Positions 1 through 11,700 of a stretch of DNA of 64,000 nucleotides are shown one piece after another. The position numbers and the translations under genes were made by a program. The notes beneath the pieces were generated by a model. It was not told where the DNA came from, did not search any database, and was given only the letters and a program-made list of their open reading frames with translations. The DNA is from a virus. Each line of letters begins with the position of its first letter. The first letter of the stretch is position 1. Location of the stretch: IMG/VR virus record IMGVR_UViG_3300036834_000231, positions 1 through 64,000 of that record, one strand, 5' to 3'.

Positions 1-81
1 GGCGGCGATCGCCGATCTCAAGAAGAACAACAAGCCCAATTAACCAAAGAAGGAGCGTATGAAACCGAATAGGATTCGCAA

Positions 82-369
82 GTGCATCTGAACGGCAACG
101 TGTATCGCGTTGCGCCGCTCAAAATGTCGCAGATAGAAAGCTACGTCCACCAACAGACGATGAACCCGGCGCAGATGGAAGAAACGAGTTGGGCCTGCAT
201 TCAGGCTTCGCTACGCAATGCGGCCGGCCCGGACGGAGCGGTTCCGTCCATCGAGGAATTGAAGAACGCTCTCGACTTGCAGGATTTCATGGAGCTGAAC
301 CAGGCGGTGCTCGCGGTGAGCGGCCTGGACGGATCGATGACCCCAGGCGCAACGAAGATATCACAGTAA
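82..369 (+). CDS. putative tail assembly chaperone
   Basis: Small ORF directly upstream of the tape measure gene; the best RBS (AAGGAG ~50-55) points to an out-of-frame ATG at 59. Confidence 0.5.
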   Translation: MHLNGNVYRVAPLKMSQIESYVHQQTMNPAQMEETSWACIQASLRNAAGPDGAVPSIEELKNALDLQDFMELNQAVLAVSGLDGSMTPGATKISQ

Positions 370-389
370 TTTCCTAGCGGTACCGTCCG

Positions 390-3300
390 ATGCCCGAAGA
401 CAACACCATATTCGTACAGATCGTCGCCGATGGCGAGCCTGTGCAAGCGGCGATGAAGCAGATGCTCGCCGATGTAAAGGGTGCGCTGCAGACGCTAGAA
501 GCGGAAGCCAAGAAAACGAGCGCCGTTTTGACGGCCATGGCGCCGGGTGAGCCGCAGAGGGCGGCGTTTCGGGACTATGCCAATGTCGTCAAAGTCCAGA
601 TCGCCGACATCGAGAAGCAGCTAGACGACTACAACAACAAATGGGATGAACTGCGCAGCCGCATCGGGAGTTCTTTAGACGCCTTTGCCAAATATGAGCG
701 GGCGGCGACGACGGGCCGCGGTCCCTATCAGACGGAGGAAAAGACCTATCGGCCGGGGCAAATTTTGCCCAGAAAGGTCGTGACGGAAGCGCGCGAGGGG
801 TTGGCGGAGGCCCGCCAAGACTTGGAAATCGCCAAGCCGGAAATGGAGGCCTTGGCGGCGAGCGGCTTCGCTTTTCGCGAGAAGGTTTTGGCGACGGCCC
901 AAGCGCCCGGCCGGGCAGATATTGGGATAGGTTTACCCAAGGCGCTGCTAGGTCCTTCGAAGGAGGATAGGGCCAAGGAGGCGGAGGAAAGGGCCAAAGC
1001 CGCAGCCGAAGCAGCCGCGAAGGAAGAGGAGGAAAGTGCCGCCCGGGCAAAACGAGACGCTGAATTTTTTGCGAGCTATAAAGCGGCCAAAGAGAAGGCA
1101 GCGAGCCTGGAGCCTGCTCCCGTCGCAGCCCCCAGCGAAGCGGCCGCGCCACCGATTCCTCCAGTCGCTCCCCCTCCCCCCATTGCCGCAGCTCCACCGC
1201 CCACTCCGCCCACTCCGCCCGTCGTGGCGGCGGCTCCTCCCCCGCCGCCGCCCGACGATCCTCTCACTCGTCAACGTGAGAAGGTGGAACTGCTCAAGCG
1301 GAGCTATGCGGAAAAGAATGCCGACGTCCTGCGCTATTCCCAAGAAGAGGTCATTGCACAAAAAGCTACCGGCCAGTCGGTTGAAGAGCTAAAGCTTAAA
1401 CAAGAGCAACTGAACTATCAGACGAAGGAACAAGAGACCGTCGTCAGAGACCACGTCGCGAGTTTAAACGAGTTCATCGAGACCAACAAAAAGAAGGCCA
1501 CCTTTGGAGAACAGGCCGCCGGGATTGCCGACAAAGAGCGGCAACTTCTTTCGCAGCAAATTGAAAAGCGCGATCAGTTAAAAGTCCGGCAAGAGCAAAA
1601 CGCGCAGGCTCTCGAACGTGAGTTAGCGCTGCTCGGCAAGGAAGCGCATAGCGATGAGTTTGCGCGCACCATCGATCAGCGGGCGCAAATCGGCGCGGAA
1701 CTCGAAAAAGAACAAGCGCACTTGGGGTTGCTTGAGCGCTCCTATGCCTTGGCAGCGGAAGAAGACGCGCGCGCGACTGGCGAGAAGGTCACAGGCGAGG
1801 GGCAGAAACAATCGGCGGTCCGTCAAACAGCGGCCGTCGAAGCGGAAGCCACGAAAGCCGCGACCTCATCCGTCAGCGATCTGCAGCTCAAGGGAGCGCA
1901 GCTCGCCGCAGAACAACGCCAAGTAGCCCAAGACATTACGGCGGCGCAGCGCCAACAGGCGGCGGCCAGCAAGGCCAACGCCGATTCGGCGGGAGAATTG
2001 GGTGCAAAGCAACACGAGCTTCGCACCAGGATCTCCGAAACCGGCGCCTCGATCAAGCAATTGACGAGCGACTCGGAGGCCTGGCGGGAACGCGCGGCGG
2101 CCGGCGATGCGGATGCGGAGGGCCATCAGGCCAGAATCCAGCAGCGATTAGGAGAGTTGCACACCGCGCGGGCGAACGATCTGACTCAGCTCGATGAAGT
2201 CAGGAAGCAACTCGTAGCGAACAAAGCGGCGGAAGTCGAAGCGAACAACCCGGCGCCGGTCGACGCATTAATCCGTAAATACAACGAACTGACCGAGAAG
2301 CTTCGCCAGAACAAAGCTGAACTGGCGACGGCGACCACGCTCGCGCATATAGCCGGCGGTGCGCCTCCTCCGCCAACCGGCGGCGGCGGGGCTCCTCCTA
2401 CCAGCGGGGGCGGCGGCGGGGAAGAAGATGCGCTCTTGCGCCAACGCCAGGAGCTGACGGCGCTGAGAAAGCTACGCGCCGAACTCGCGAGCGAAAGCAA
2501 CCGCTATGCGACCGACGAACAAGTGGCAACCCGCGCCACCGGTCAGGCGGTGAATGAACTCCGGACGCAGCGCGAAGTTTTGCTCGCCGGCTACCGCGAT
2601 GCGGAACATTCCGTCAGGCAGCTCGCGGACGCTGCCTTCCAGATGGGCGCAAACGAGAAAGGAGCGGCTTCGGCGACAGTTGCCGGTCTCGAAGTAGCCA
2701 CTGAGCGTAGCAACCTATACAAAATTGCCGTTCAGAACATCGACCAGGCTCTGGCTGAGGAGCAAGCGCGCGAAGACGCGGCGGCGCACAAAGATCGCTA
2801 CGCCGAAGTCACTACGCAATTAAAGCAAGTCGACGCAAAGATCAAGGAGTCGACGCAAAACCTCGAGTTGATGGAGCGCACCGTCGCGGCCTTGGGGCAA
2901 GACAGCAAAACGAGCGCCGATGCCGCCATAGCTGGTGAAGCGGCCAAGCAATCTGCGGTGCGCGACACAACCGCGGCGCAGACGGATGGAGCGGCTACGG
3001 CGGCGGATGCGCAAACGGCCGGCGCGGCGCGCACCATGAGCGCGCTCGATGAAGAGCAGCTCAAGCTGTTCCTGCTCAGCCGCGAACAAGCTCGCGTGGG
3101 ACAGGAAGCGCGCCGGGTCGAACAGGAGCAGACGACCGCCCGCTCCGCAAGCGGCGAGCAGATCGAGGCCTTGCGGGCGAAGCAAGAGATCCTCAAGGCG
3201 CAGCTCGGCTCCGTCAGCCAGGAGTATAAAAAGCTCGCGGCGGACACCGCCCTTTGGAAGCAGGCTTCCGACCAAGGCTCGGCGAGCGCTAAGCAGAATG

Positions 3301-6300
3301 TCGACCAGTTGACCAGCAAGATGGAGGCGCTCCTTGCTAAAGAGGCCGAGTATCAAGCGGAACTCAAGCGCACTAACGAACTGCTCAAGGCAGAGGAAGC
3401 CGCTTTTGCCCAAGCCAATAACCCCGCGCAAATAGAGCCGCTGATAGCCCGTATTTCCGAACTGAACGCGCAGATCACCAAGACCAAGGAGCGCATCGGC
3501 GAATTGCAGCCGGTGACTGAGCAGATCGGTAGTAGCGCTGGCGCGGGGATGGGCAAAGCGCGCGTGTTGATGGCGGCTCTGACCGACCAAACCAACGCGG
3601 CGATTTACGGGTTTACGCGACTGATCGCGTCGATACCCGGTCTTGCCGCAGCGGTAGAAGCGGCCTTCGCCTTCGCCGCTCCGATTGCGGCCTACGAGAT
3701 TATTTCGAGCCTAGTCAGCGGCGTCTATAAGCTATATGAAAACTACGTTCTTTTGAAGCACGCCGAAGAGGAGACGGCGGCGGTATCGGATCGTTTGCAA
3801 AAAGCTTTTCGCACCGAATGGGAGCGCACCGAGGAACTCCTCGCCGCGCAAGCCGAGTACCGGGGAAACCTGGTCGAGGCGGCCAAGATTCGCTCCAATA
3901 TCGCAGCCACCAAACCGATCGATCTGCGTGATTTCCTCAAGCCAGAGGAAATCGATGAAAAATTCAAGGACCTGCCGAGACGCTTCCAGGACCAACTCAA
4001 AGAGGCCTTCCGGGTAGGGCCGGAAAAATTTGATTTGGTCGGACCTAATGTCGTCACCAAACTGAACGACTTCAAGAAAAATCTGGCCGATGTTCAAGTA
4101 GAGATTAAAAAGGCCACCGATGCCCAGACGGCGCTGGTAGCCTCGCAAAAGGAATTGTTCAAAGGCCAGGGTTCGAGCCGCGGCGAAGCTGCGGCAGCCG
4201 TGGGGATCCAGATTTATGAGCAAGAGCGCCTGCAGCGCCTGTATGAATTGCTGGCAAAGATTTACACCCAGGCCATTCAGGAGATTGCGCAGAAACGCGA
4301 TACCGATGCGGCGCAAGCCGTGGACGCAGCAGACAAGTTAGAGCAGGCGACGCTTCGCGAGCTGATTCGTGGCACTACCGAGAAAGTCGATGCGCTGAAA
4401 ACCCGCCACCAATACACGGTTGCGGCGGAAATAGCGCTCTGGCAGGATGTGCTCGCGCAGGCGGAAAAGGGCGGCGGCCGGCACACCGCGCTGTACGAAC
4501 AGGTCTACGGCAAACTGGCCGCGCTCGCGAAACGCGGCACGCGCGAGATCCTCGACGAGATGAAGCAGGCAGACCAACAAGCGTTGGCCGATCTCGAAGA
4601 GCAGCAGGAGCTCACGCTCGAACAAAAGAAGAAGTTTTTGGAATCGCGCAAATCACCCGAACCGGCGCCCCCGGTATTGGGAGCACATCGTCAACCAGGC
4701 GAAGCCGCGCCTGCGCCTCTGCCGATTGGGCCCGCAGGGCCTCCCGCAGCCCCGCTGCCGCCGAAGGCCCTGCAGTATCAAGGCCTGGTTGGTGAAGCAA
4801 CCGCCAAGTACGGTCTGCCGCCGAACCTGCTCAATAATCTGATCGGCGCCGAGAGCGGTTGGGATGAACATGCGCTCTCCCTGAGGGGTGCGCAGGGCTT
4901 GACGCAGTTGATGCCCGGAACTGCCGCCGAGCTAGGCGTGAATCCGCTCGATCCGAAAGGCGCAATCGAGGGCGGAGCGAAGTACCTGCATGATCGCTTC
5001 GTGGAGTTCGGCGATTGGACGAAGGCGCTCCAGGCTTACAATGCCGGCGCTGGCGCGGTGCGGGCGGCGGAGGCCCACCATACGCCGCTGCGTCCCGAAA
5101 CGCAGGATTATGTTGCTAAGATCAGCACCGGCACGACGGCGCTCGCCGGCACCGCAGCAGCGGTCAGTGCATTGACCGAAGCCACTCGCAAGCATAACGC
5201 GGAGCTTAAGCACCAGATCGGACTCGTTGACCAGCAGATCTATCGCCAGGAGGCCGAAAAGACTCTCGCCGGGCATCGGGAGCGGATCGAGGGAATCACC
5301 ACCGAAGAAGGGCGCCCGGATTACACCAAACAGCTCGACGCTTGGAAGGAGGTCTTAGCCCAGGCGCGCGCTTTGCGCGCTACCCAACCGGGTCTTGCCG
5401 AGCATCTCGAAACCGGCGCGGAGAAAGAGGTCGGCCGCCTCGCGCCCGAAGCCGACCGCCAACAGCAGCGGGAGAGGGTCGATGACGCGCGCCGAGCGTT
5501 CAAAGAGTACGACGCAGAAGAAAAGCGCTCGACCGCCAACGAACTGCTGTATTGGGAGACGATCGTCAAGCAGGCGAAGGCGGGCTCCCTCCTCTACAAC
5601 GTTGCGTTAGATGAAGTCGCCCAGTACACGAAGAAGTTGAATGACGAAAACTATCGGAACGGCCAGCAAGACCTCATCAATCAACACGAGATCGCGCAAG
5701 CAAAATTCGATATCCGCAGGGCCGAAATCGAGAGCGACTATGCCATGTCGGAGCAGACCTACCGCGATAAGGTTCACGAGCTTGAACGCATCAAGGCTCT
5801 CGACAAGGAACTCTTAAAAGAGGAGCAGGATTATTGGGACAAGCGCATTGCGTTCGCCCGATCACACGGGGAGGAGCGGGAAGAATCCAAGCTAGGGGCT
5901 GAAAAAACCGCTGCTGGGCGGCGCGCGAATGAAGTCCTTTTAAAGGACAACCTCAAGCTGACGGAGGAGATGGAGAAGCAGTGGCAAAAAGTTTTCAACT
6001 TTATCGACCAGCAATTTATCAGCGCCTTCAATAGTTGGCTCACCGGCCATCAGAAATTTTCGGCCGCCATGGTCAAGATGTGGAACCAGATTGTGCAGCA
6101 TGTCGAGGACGCTTTGTTGCAGTTGGTCCTGAAATTTGCCGAACACGAATTGAAAATCCTGCTGCAACACGTGTTAACGAACAAAGCCAAGACAGCGGAC
6201 GATGATATGACTGCGGCGACGTCCCTAGCGATTTCCAAAGAAAAGACTATAAAAGATATTTTCATGGACGCCAAAGGTGCGGCGGCTACGGCCTTTCGTC

Positions 6301-6662
6301 AAGCAATGAAATTGCCGCCCCCAATCAATTTCATCTTGGCTCCCATCTTGGCGGCCGCGGCTTTTGTGGGCGTCATGGCGTTTGCCGCCTTCGAAAAGGG
6401 CGGCATCGTCCCGAACACCGGCCTGGCGATGGTGCATGGCGGCGAAGGCGTGCTGCCGCAACCGCTGACGAGCATGCTCACGAGCGTCGCAACGAATTAC
6501 AACACGAACACGAGCACCGGCGGCAACTCGCATGTGCATGTGCACTATTCACCGACCATTCAAGGAGCGGGCGGCGGCGGGGATATGAGAATGATGTTGA
6601 GCCAGCACGCCGATCACATCGGGCGCATCGTGCAGCGGCAGTTGAAGACCTTCAATCGTTGA
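390..6662 (+). CDS. tail tape measure protein with lytic transglycosylase (SLT) domain
   Basis: 2090 aa Ala/Glu/Lys-rich helical protein; SLT motifs IGAESGW..GAQGLTQLMPGTA..GAKYL..AYNAG at ~4775-5125; C-terminal FEKGGIVP..VHGGEGVLP typical of tape measure proteins. Confidence 0.92.
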   Translation: MPEDNTIFVQIVADGEPVQAAMKQMLADVKGALQTLEAEAKKTSAVLTAMAPGEPQRAAFRDYANVVKVQIADIEKQLDDYNNKWDELRSRIGSSLDAFAKYERAATTGRGPYQTEEKTYRPGQILPRKVVTEAREGLAEARQDLEIAKPEMEALAASGFAFREKVLATAQAPGRADIGIGLPKALLGPSKEDRAKEAEERAKAAAEAAAKEEEESAARAKRDAEFFASYKAAKEKAASLEPAPVAAPSEAAAPPIPPVAPPPPIAAAPPPTPPTPPVVAAAPPPPPPDDPLTRQREKVELLKRSYAEKNADVLRYSQEEVIAQKATGQSVEELKLKQEQLNYQTKEQETVVRDHVASLNEFIETNKKKATFGEQAAGIADKERQLLSQQIEKRDQLKVRQEQNAQALERELALLGKEAHSDEFARTIDQRAQIGAELEKEQAHLGLLERSYALAAEEDARATGEKVTGEGQKQSAVRQTAAVEAEATKAATSSVSDLQLKGAQLAAEQRQVAQDITAAQRQQAAASKANADSAGELGAKQHELRTRISETGASIKQLTSDSEAWRERAAAGDADAEGHQARIQQRLGELHTARANDLTQLDEVRKQLVANKAAEVEANNPAPVDALIRKYNELTEKLRQNKAELATATTLAHIAGGAPPPPTGGGGAPPTSGGGGGEEDALLRQRQELTALRKLRAELASESNRYATDEQVATRATGQAVNELRTQREVLLAGYRDAEHSVRQLADAAFQMGANEKGAASATVAGLEVATERSNLYKIAVQNIDQALAEEQAREDAAAHKDRYAEVTTQLKQVDAKIKESTQNLELMERTVAALGQDSKTSADAAIAGEAAKQSAVRDTTAAQTDGAATAADAQTAGAARTMSALDEEQLKLFLLSREQARVGQEARRVEQEQTTARSASGEQIEALRAKQEILKAQLGSVSQEYKKLAADTALWKQASDQGSASAKQNVDQLTSKMEALLAKEAEYQAELKRTNELLKAEEAAFAQANNPAQIEPLIARISELNAQITKTKERIGELQPVTEQIGSSAGAGMGKARVLMAALTDQTNAAIYGFTRLIASIPGLAAAVEAAFAFAAPIAAYEIISSLVSGVYKLYENYVLLKHAEEETAAVSDRLQKAFRTEWERTEELLAAQAEYRGNLVEAAKIRSNIAATKPIDLRDFLKPEEIDEKFKDLPRRFQDQLKEAFRVGPEKFDLVGPNVVTKLNDFKKNLADVQVEIKKATDAQTALVASQKELFKGQGSSRGEAAAAVGIQIYEQERLQRLYELLAKIYTQAIQEIAQKRDTDAAQAVDAADKLEQATLRELIRGTTEKVDALKTRHQYTVAAEIALWQDVLAQAEKGGGRHTALYEQVYGKLAALAKRGTREILDEMKQADQQALADLEEQQELTLEQKKKFLESRKSPEPAPPVLGAHRQPGEAAPAPLPIGPAGPPAAPLPPKALQYQGLVGEATAKYGLPPNLLNNLIGAESGWDEHALSLRGAQGLTQLMPGTAAELGVNPLDPKGAIEGGAKYLHDRFVEFGDWTKALQAYNAGAGAVRAAEAHHTPLRPETQDYVAKISTGTTALAGTAAAVSALTEATRKHNAELKHQIGLVDQQIYRQEAEKTLAGHRERIEGITTEEGRPDYTKQLDAWKEVLAQARALRATQPGLAEHLETGAEKEVGRLAPEADRQQQRERVDDARRAFKEYDAEEKRSTANELLYWETIVKQAKAGSLLYNVALDEVAQYTKKLNDENYRNGQQDLINQHEIAQAKFDIRRAEIESDYAMSEQTYRDKVHELERIKALDKELLKEEQDYWDKRIAFARSHGEEREESKLGAEKTAAGRRANEVLLKDNLKLTEEMEKQWQKVFNFIDQQFISAFNSWLTGHQKFSAAMVKMWNQIVQHVEDALLQLVLKFAEHELKILLQHVLTNKAKTADDDMTAATSLAISKEKTIKDIFMDAKGAAATAFRQAMKLPPPINFILAPILAAAAFVGVMAFAAFEKGGIVPNTGLAMVHGGEGVLPQPLTSMLTSVATNYNTNTSTGGNSHVHVHYSPTIQGAGGGGDMRMMLSQHADHIGRIVQRQLKTFNR

Positions 6663-6665
6663 TTT

Positions 6666-7415
6666 ATGTCGAATGCGATCTATCCCAGCCTCATTCACGG
6701 CTTCACTTACACGTTCCTGAAGACGCCGGAATTCGCGACCATCGTGCAGAAGAGTCCGAACGGCTACGAGACGCGCATCGCGCAGATGCAGAATCCGCTC
6801 TGGCACTTTACGCTGGTGTATGACTATCTCTACGATCATTTCCCCTCGCAGAACAACACGATGCCGTATACGCCCTATACGGATTTGGCGACGCTCATGG
6901 GATTCTTTCTCGCGCGTCAAGGCCAGAACGATAGCTTCTTGTTTACCGATCCGACAGATTCTTCGGTTGGGCCCGCCATGCTCAGCGGCAGCCCGAATCT
7001 GCAAACCCAACTCCCGCTCGTCGCGGACTCCTCGGGCGTGTTCTATTCGCCGATCCAGCGCAATATAGGCGGGCTCTTCAAAGAAGACATCAGCGATTTG
7101 AACGGCCTGATCACCGTTTATGCGAATGGCGTCCTGCAGGCGATCACCACCAATTACACGATCGGCGGCCCGGGGCTCGCGCTGCCCGGCGCCTCCTATG
7201 CCGGCTTATATCTCAAATGGGTGGGGACTCCGACCGGGCCCATCACCGTGCAGTTCAATTTTTACTATCGAGTCCGGTTCGAAACCGATTCCCAAGATTT
7301 CGAGAACTGGATGGCGGGACTCTGGACCATCGGCGGCGGCGCGAGCAAAAGCGGCTCGGGCGTGGTCAAGCTAATGAGTTCCCGGCCAGGAGCGGCCCCG
7401 CTCATTCTTTTCTGA
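6666..7415 (+). CDS. distal tail protein (DUF2460/GTA-like)
   Basis: KTPEFATIVQKSPNGYETRIA..PLWHFTL..FFLARQG..SFLFTDP..VRFETD pattern; position after the tape measure gene. Confidence 0.8.
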   Translation: MSNAIYPSLIHGFTYTFLKTPEFATIVQKSPNGYETRIAQMQNPLWHFTLVYDYLYDHFPSQNNTMPYTPYTDLATLMGFFLARQGQNDSFLFTDPTDSSVGPAMLSGSPNLQTQLPLVADSSGVFYSPIQRNIGGLFKEDISDLNGLITVYANGVLQAITTNYTIGGPGLALPGASYAGLYLKWVGTPTGPITVQFNFYYRVRFETDSQDFENWMAGLWTIGGGASKSGSGVVKLMSSRPGAAPLILF

Positions 7416-7418
7416 TCC

Positions 7419-8342
7419 ATGCGCAAAGTGATAGGCGGCGACGGCTCGGACACGACGACGGCGACGGCCGCGTGGCTCGCGGGCGGCAACCAGTTTTTGA
7501 TGGCCAATCTGTACTTGATTGGCGAAGTCGGCGATCCGCTCGCGCTGTGGCTGACGGATTGGGAAGCGCCGCTGCTATGGTCCGCCTGGGGCACGTTCCA
7601 GCCGGCGGTTATCAAGCGAGGCTCGGTCGCGAGCAAGATCGGCCTAGCGGTCGATTCGCTCGACATCACCTGGTCGCCCAAGGCGGCTTCCCTGACCTCG
7701 AGCGTCAAGACGGCGAATCCTTATCAGCTCGGGCAGATGGGAATTTACGACAACTGGAAGGTGCGCATTTGGACGGTCTACATGCCGACCGCTGGGGACG
7801 CGAATACCTTCGGCGCGAGTGAGCTATTCGGCGGGAGAGTCGCGGACACGACCATCGAGCGGGGCGACATCCAATTCAAGGTCAACAGCTTTTTGGACGT
7901 GGTGAATCAGAATGTGCCGACCAATGTGATCGAACTGTTGAATACGGCTGCCTCGTATGCCGGGGCTACGCCGCCGCCTGGTTTCAACCATATCCCGCAG
8001 TTCAATGTAGTCACCGGCAACTCGACAACGACTATTGAAGGGGATTGCACCAATCTAGGCCCTCATCAGGTCTTTTCGACCAATGCGTTTCAGCATGGCT
8101 ACATGGTTTTCAACAACGGACCTTTTGCAACGCTCGCGGGCGTTTGGAGCGCCATTCAACAGAATGTGAGCGTAACCATCGGCGGGATAAACTACAACCA
8201 GTTCCTGCTCTATGCGCCGCTGCCCTGGGCGCCTACTCCCGGATCGGACACCTTTTACGTCAGCGGCGCTTCGCCGATCAATCAAGCGGACGGCACGTAT
8301 TTTGGCTTTCCCTACGTGCCGAATCCGGAGGCGGCTGTATGA
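7419..8342 (+). CDS. baseplate hub protein (DUF2163/GTA-like)
   Basis: Synteny; C-terminal YFGFPYVPNPEAAV typical of this family. Confidence 0.75.
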   Translation: MRKVIGGDGSDTTTATAAWLAGGNQFLMANLYLIGEVGDPLALWLTDWEAPLLWSAWGTFQPAVIKRGSVASKIGLAVDSLDITWSPKAASLTSSVKTANPYQLGQMGIYDNWKVRIWTVYMPTAGDANTFGASELFGGRVADTTIERGDIQFKVNSFLDVVNQNVPTNVIELLNTAASYAGATPPPGFNHIPQFNVVTGNSTTTIEGDCTNLGPHQVFSTNAFQHGYMVFNNGPFATLAGVWSAIQQNVSVTIGGINYNQFLLYAPLPWAPTPGSDTFYVSGASPINQADGTYFGFPYVPNPEAAV

Positions 8343-8788
8343 CGCGGCAAGAGTTGGTCGCCGAGGCGCGTAGCTGGATTGGGACCAAGTATGTGCACGG
8401 CGCGCGGGTAAAGGGAGGCGGCGTCGATTGCGCCTCTTTCATTGCCGAAGTCTTGATCGCCGCGGGTTTGGCCGATCGCGAGGACCTCGGGGTTTATTCG
8501 CATGATTGGTTCCATCACAGCCAGGACGAAAAATACATGCTGCGCCTGGTGCGTCATGCGCCGCTGACGCTCGAGGCGGTGGCCTATCGGTCGCTCGCGG
8601 TCAAGCCGGGGAATATCGTGCTCACCAAGGCCGCGCGGAGCAAGCTATACAACCACGGCGGGGTCATCACCGGCTGGCCGCTCGTGGTGCATGCCACGCT
8701 GCCCGAGGTCGCAGAAGTCGATGCGAGCCGTGATCCCATGTGGGCTTTTCAGCAAATCGCTATTTTTGATCCATTTGCAAAATCATGA
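8339..8788 (+). CDS. NlpC/P60 tail-associated peptidase
   Basis: ARSWIGTKYVHGARVKGGGVDCASF (catalytic Cys), NHGG and VVHA His motifs; ATG 8339 overlaps the upstream stop. Confidence 0.88.
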   Translation: MTRQELVAEARSWIGTKYVHGARVKGGGVDCASFIAEVLIAAGLADREDLGVYSHDWFHHSQDEKYMLRLVRHAPLTLEAVAYRSLAVKPGNIVLTKAARSKLYNHGGVITGWPLVVHATLPEVAEVDASRDPMWAFQQIAIFDPFAKS

Positions 8789-11700
8789 TTGGTGGTAAAT
8801 CGCAATCCTCGGTCAAGCCGGTAGCTCTCGGCGCGACGCTGCAATCCTCCACGTACGGGCAGACCATACCCGTTTTGTTCGGGCGCACCAAGCAAAGTTT
8901 GTATGTCATTTGGGCGGCCAACATCCGGCAGAGCGGGGGCGGCAAGAAAAGCAAAAAGGGCGGCAAGAAGGGACCGCCGCCAGACTATTACGAGAACATC
9001 GACTTCCTCATCGGCCATAACCCCATCGTTACCCCGCTGCAGTTTTGGGCGAAGCAGGATGCCCGTTATCCGTTCAATTTTGTAAAGCACTCTGGCTCCA
9101 TGTCTGGCGGGGTGTCGGTGACGGTGCCGGATGGCCTGTTTTTCGCCGTCGTCGGCGTTACTCTCTCGGCAACCTATAGCGTGACCTTCGACGACTACGG
9201 CGGCCAGGGTTCGCAGACTCTTTCGGGAAGCTGGGAGATTCCTTTGTGGAATGCCGCCTATGCGGCGCCCGATCCAGGCCGCGCGGGCACGGACCGCTTC
9301 GGCAAATACTATTACTACTGGCAGCCTGGCAGCGGGCCCACCATTACCTTTCCGCAGAATGCCAATTCCCAGACGGGCATCTCGGGAACGGTGAATGTTT
9401 ACTATGCGCAATTGGACATAGCCGATATCCTGGTTTACACGAAATTCCTAAGCAGCGCGACGCCCATGGCCGCTTTGAATATGGTGTTTGAGCCGGTGCT
9501 CGGCGACGGTCCGGAATTTTCCGGCAACGACAACATTACGGGCGCGCCGCTGAATCTGCAGCAGATTCTCTATCCGCACTATGCCGGGATCGGTTCGGCC
9601 AATTACGACTTGGGCAGCGCGCAGGTCCTGCCCAATGTGCGGGTCGAGATACTCGGCGCGTATCCCCTGTACCCGACCGGCGACGCCGATTTTGCCGACA
9701 TGATCGAGGACATCTTCAAGATGGGTCTGGCGCAAGCGGCGTTAGGCAGCGCTTATGCGTATACGCAGATTCAGCACGGACTCAGTTGTTTCGATTTTCC
9801 GGGATCGGTGCAATGCACCACGATGAACACCGTGAACCCGTTCAGCGGGCCAATTTCTTATTACCGTCCGAACACCGCGAATAACATCTTGCTCGTGGCC
9901 GCGAACGCGGGCGGCATCATCGGCGGCTTGGCCACTTTCGGAGCCTCGCCCGTCAGCGACTCGGCCGGAAACACCTGGTCGCTCGCGCTGCCGACCGGCC
10001 TGAATGCCCAGATCTGTTATGCGAAGGCGGTCGCCGCCTCATCCAATGCCGTAACCATCACCGGACAGACTTACCATTGGCAGAGTTCCCTCCTCGAAAT
10101 CGGCGGCGTCGATACCTTCGATAATGCGGCTTATAGTACGACCAGCAGGAAGGTAACGATCCTCACCGGCAATGACGCGGGCACGCCGTGCTTTATTTTG
10201 GCGATGGCAAACTACACGCCGGACGCGATCATATCCGCGCTGCCGGAGGTAGTGCAGTGGAAGTTGCTCGTCGACCGGCCGAACGGCGCCAACGATTTTG
10301 CCCTCTACTACCAAGTGGTCTACCAACCCGGCTACTATAGCTTCACGGCGCCACTCGGCACCTTCGGCACTACCCCGAATGTCGTCGCTTTGGTTTCTTT
10401 TAAGTGCGCCGAACCGCCGGGCTATCCGCGGCCTCTCGGGGATATTCTTGACGCGGCGTCGCTCGATCTGTGCCGGCAGCAATGCCGCGCGAACGGTCTG
10501 TGGGGTTCGCTCTTAATGGACTCGCAACAGAAGGCCGGCGATTGGCTGGGGGATCTCTTCACAGCCATGAATGCCGCCCCGGTATGGAGCGGCTTTACGC
10601 TGAAGTGCATTCCTCTTTCGGAGGTGAGCGCGGTGGGCAATGGCGCGATCTATAACGCGCCGAGCGCGGCTGGACCCGTCGCCACGTTATACGAATCCGA
10701 TTTCATCGGAGGGGCCGATTCTCCGCTCATAACGGTGGAGCGCAAAGCCCAGGTGGATGTGCCGAACATCTTGCAATACCAGCATCCGAACCGGTCAAGC
10801 GACTACAATGACGTAACTGTCTCGCAGCCGGAGACCGCCTCGATCGCGCTCTTTGGGCCGCGCAAGGATTCCCCGAAGCAGATGCGAATGATCCAGGACA
10901 CGGGGATTGCCCGCATGATTCTCAGCATCGCGGTGCGCAAGCAGAACTTTTTGCGCAATGTCTATAAGTTCAAAATAAAGGCGAAGTGGAAACTGCTCGA
11001 ACCGCTGGATTTGATCCTCATCAATGAACCGCGGCTCGGCATCTCGCAATTGCCGGTGCGCCTCACCAGCGTAAGCGAGGATGCGGAATACGCGCTGGAT
11101 TGCGAAGCGGAGCCGTTTATCTATGGTTGTTATTCACCAGTCGCCGTGCCCACTACGGCAGTCGCGCCGCACCGCCCGCAGGTCGGCATCAGTCCGGGGC
11201 AGGTCAACCCACCGATTATTTTTGAACCCGTGCCGCGTCTTTATGGGGCGTTGAACCAAAACCAATTGTGGCTGGTCGTCAGCGCGTCGAACGTCAACTA
11301 CGGCGGCTGCCAGGTTTATATTTCGACCGATGGCGGGGTGAGTTACAACCTGATCGGTCAACTGCAAGGCAGCGCCACGACCGGCGTAAGCACCGCAGAT
11401 TGGCCGGCCGCCAGTGATCCGGATACGACAAATGACCTGCCGCTCGATTTGACCGAGAGCAATAGACCCCTCACGTCCTACCAGACGAGCGATGAGGACA
11501 ACTTTACTTACATCTCGTACATGGCGGGCGGGAATGCTTCGATTCCCTATGAGTTGTTGAGCTATGCCGTCGCCACTTTAACGTCCGCCGAACACTACAC
11601 TTTGAAAGCGACCGGAACAGGCAACAAGCTGCGGCGCGCGGTCTTCGGCGCGCCCGCCGTGGGCGCTGGGGTCGATCATCCAATCGGTACGCGGTTCGCC

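Noticed and set aside
589-6545. Numerous antisense/alternate-frame ORFs within the tape measure gene (and similarly across the window)
   Set aside because: GC-rich shadow ORFs with no RBS or motifs, overlapping well-supported genes
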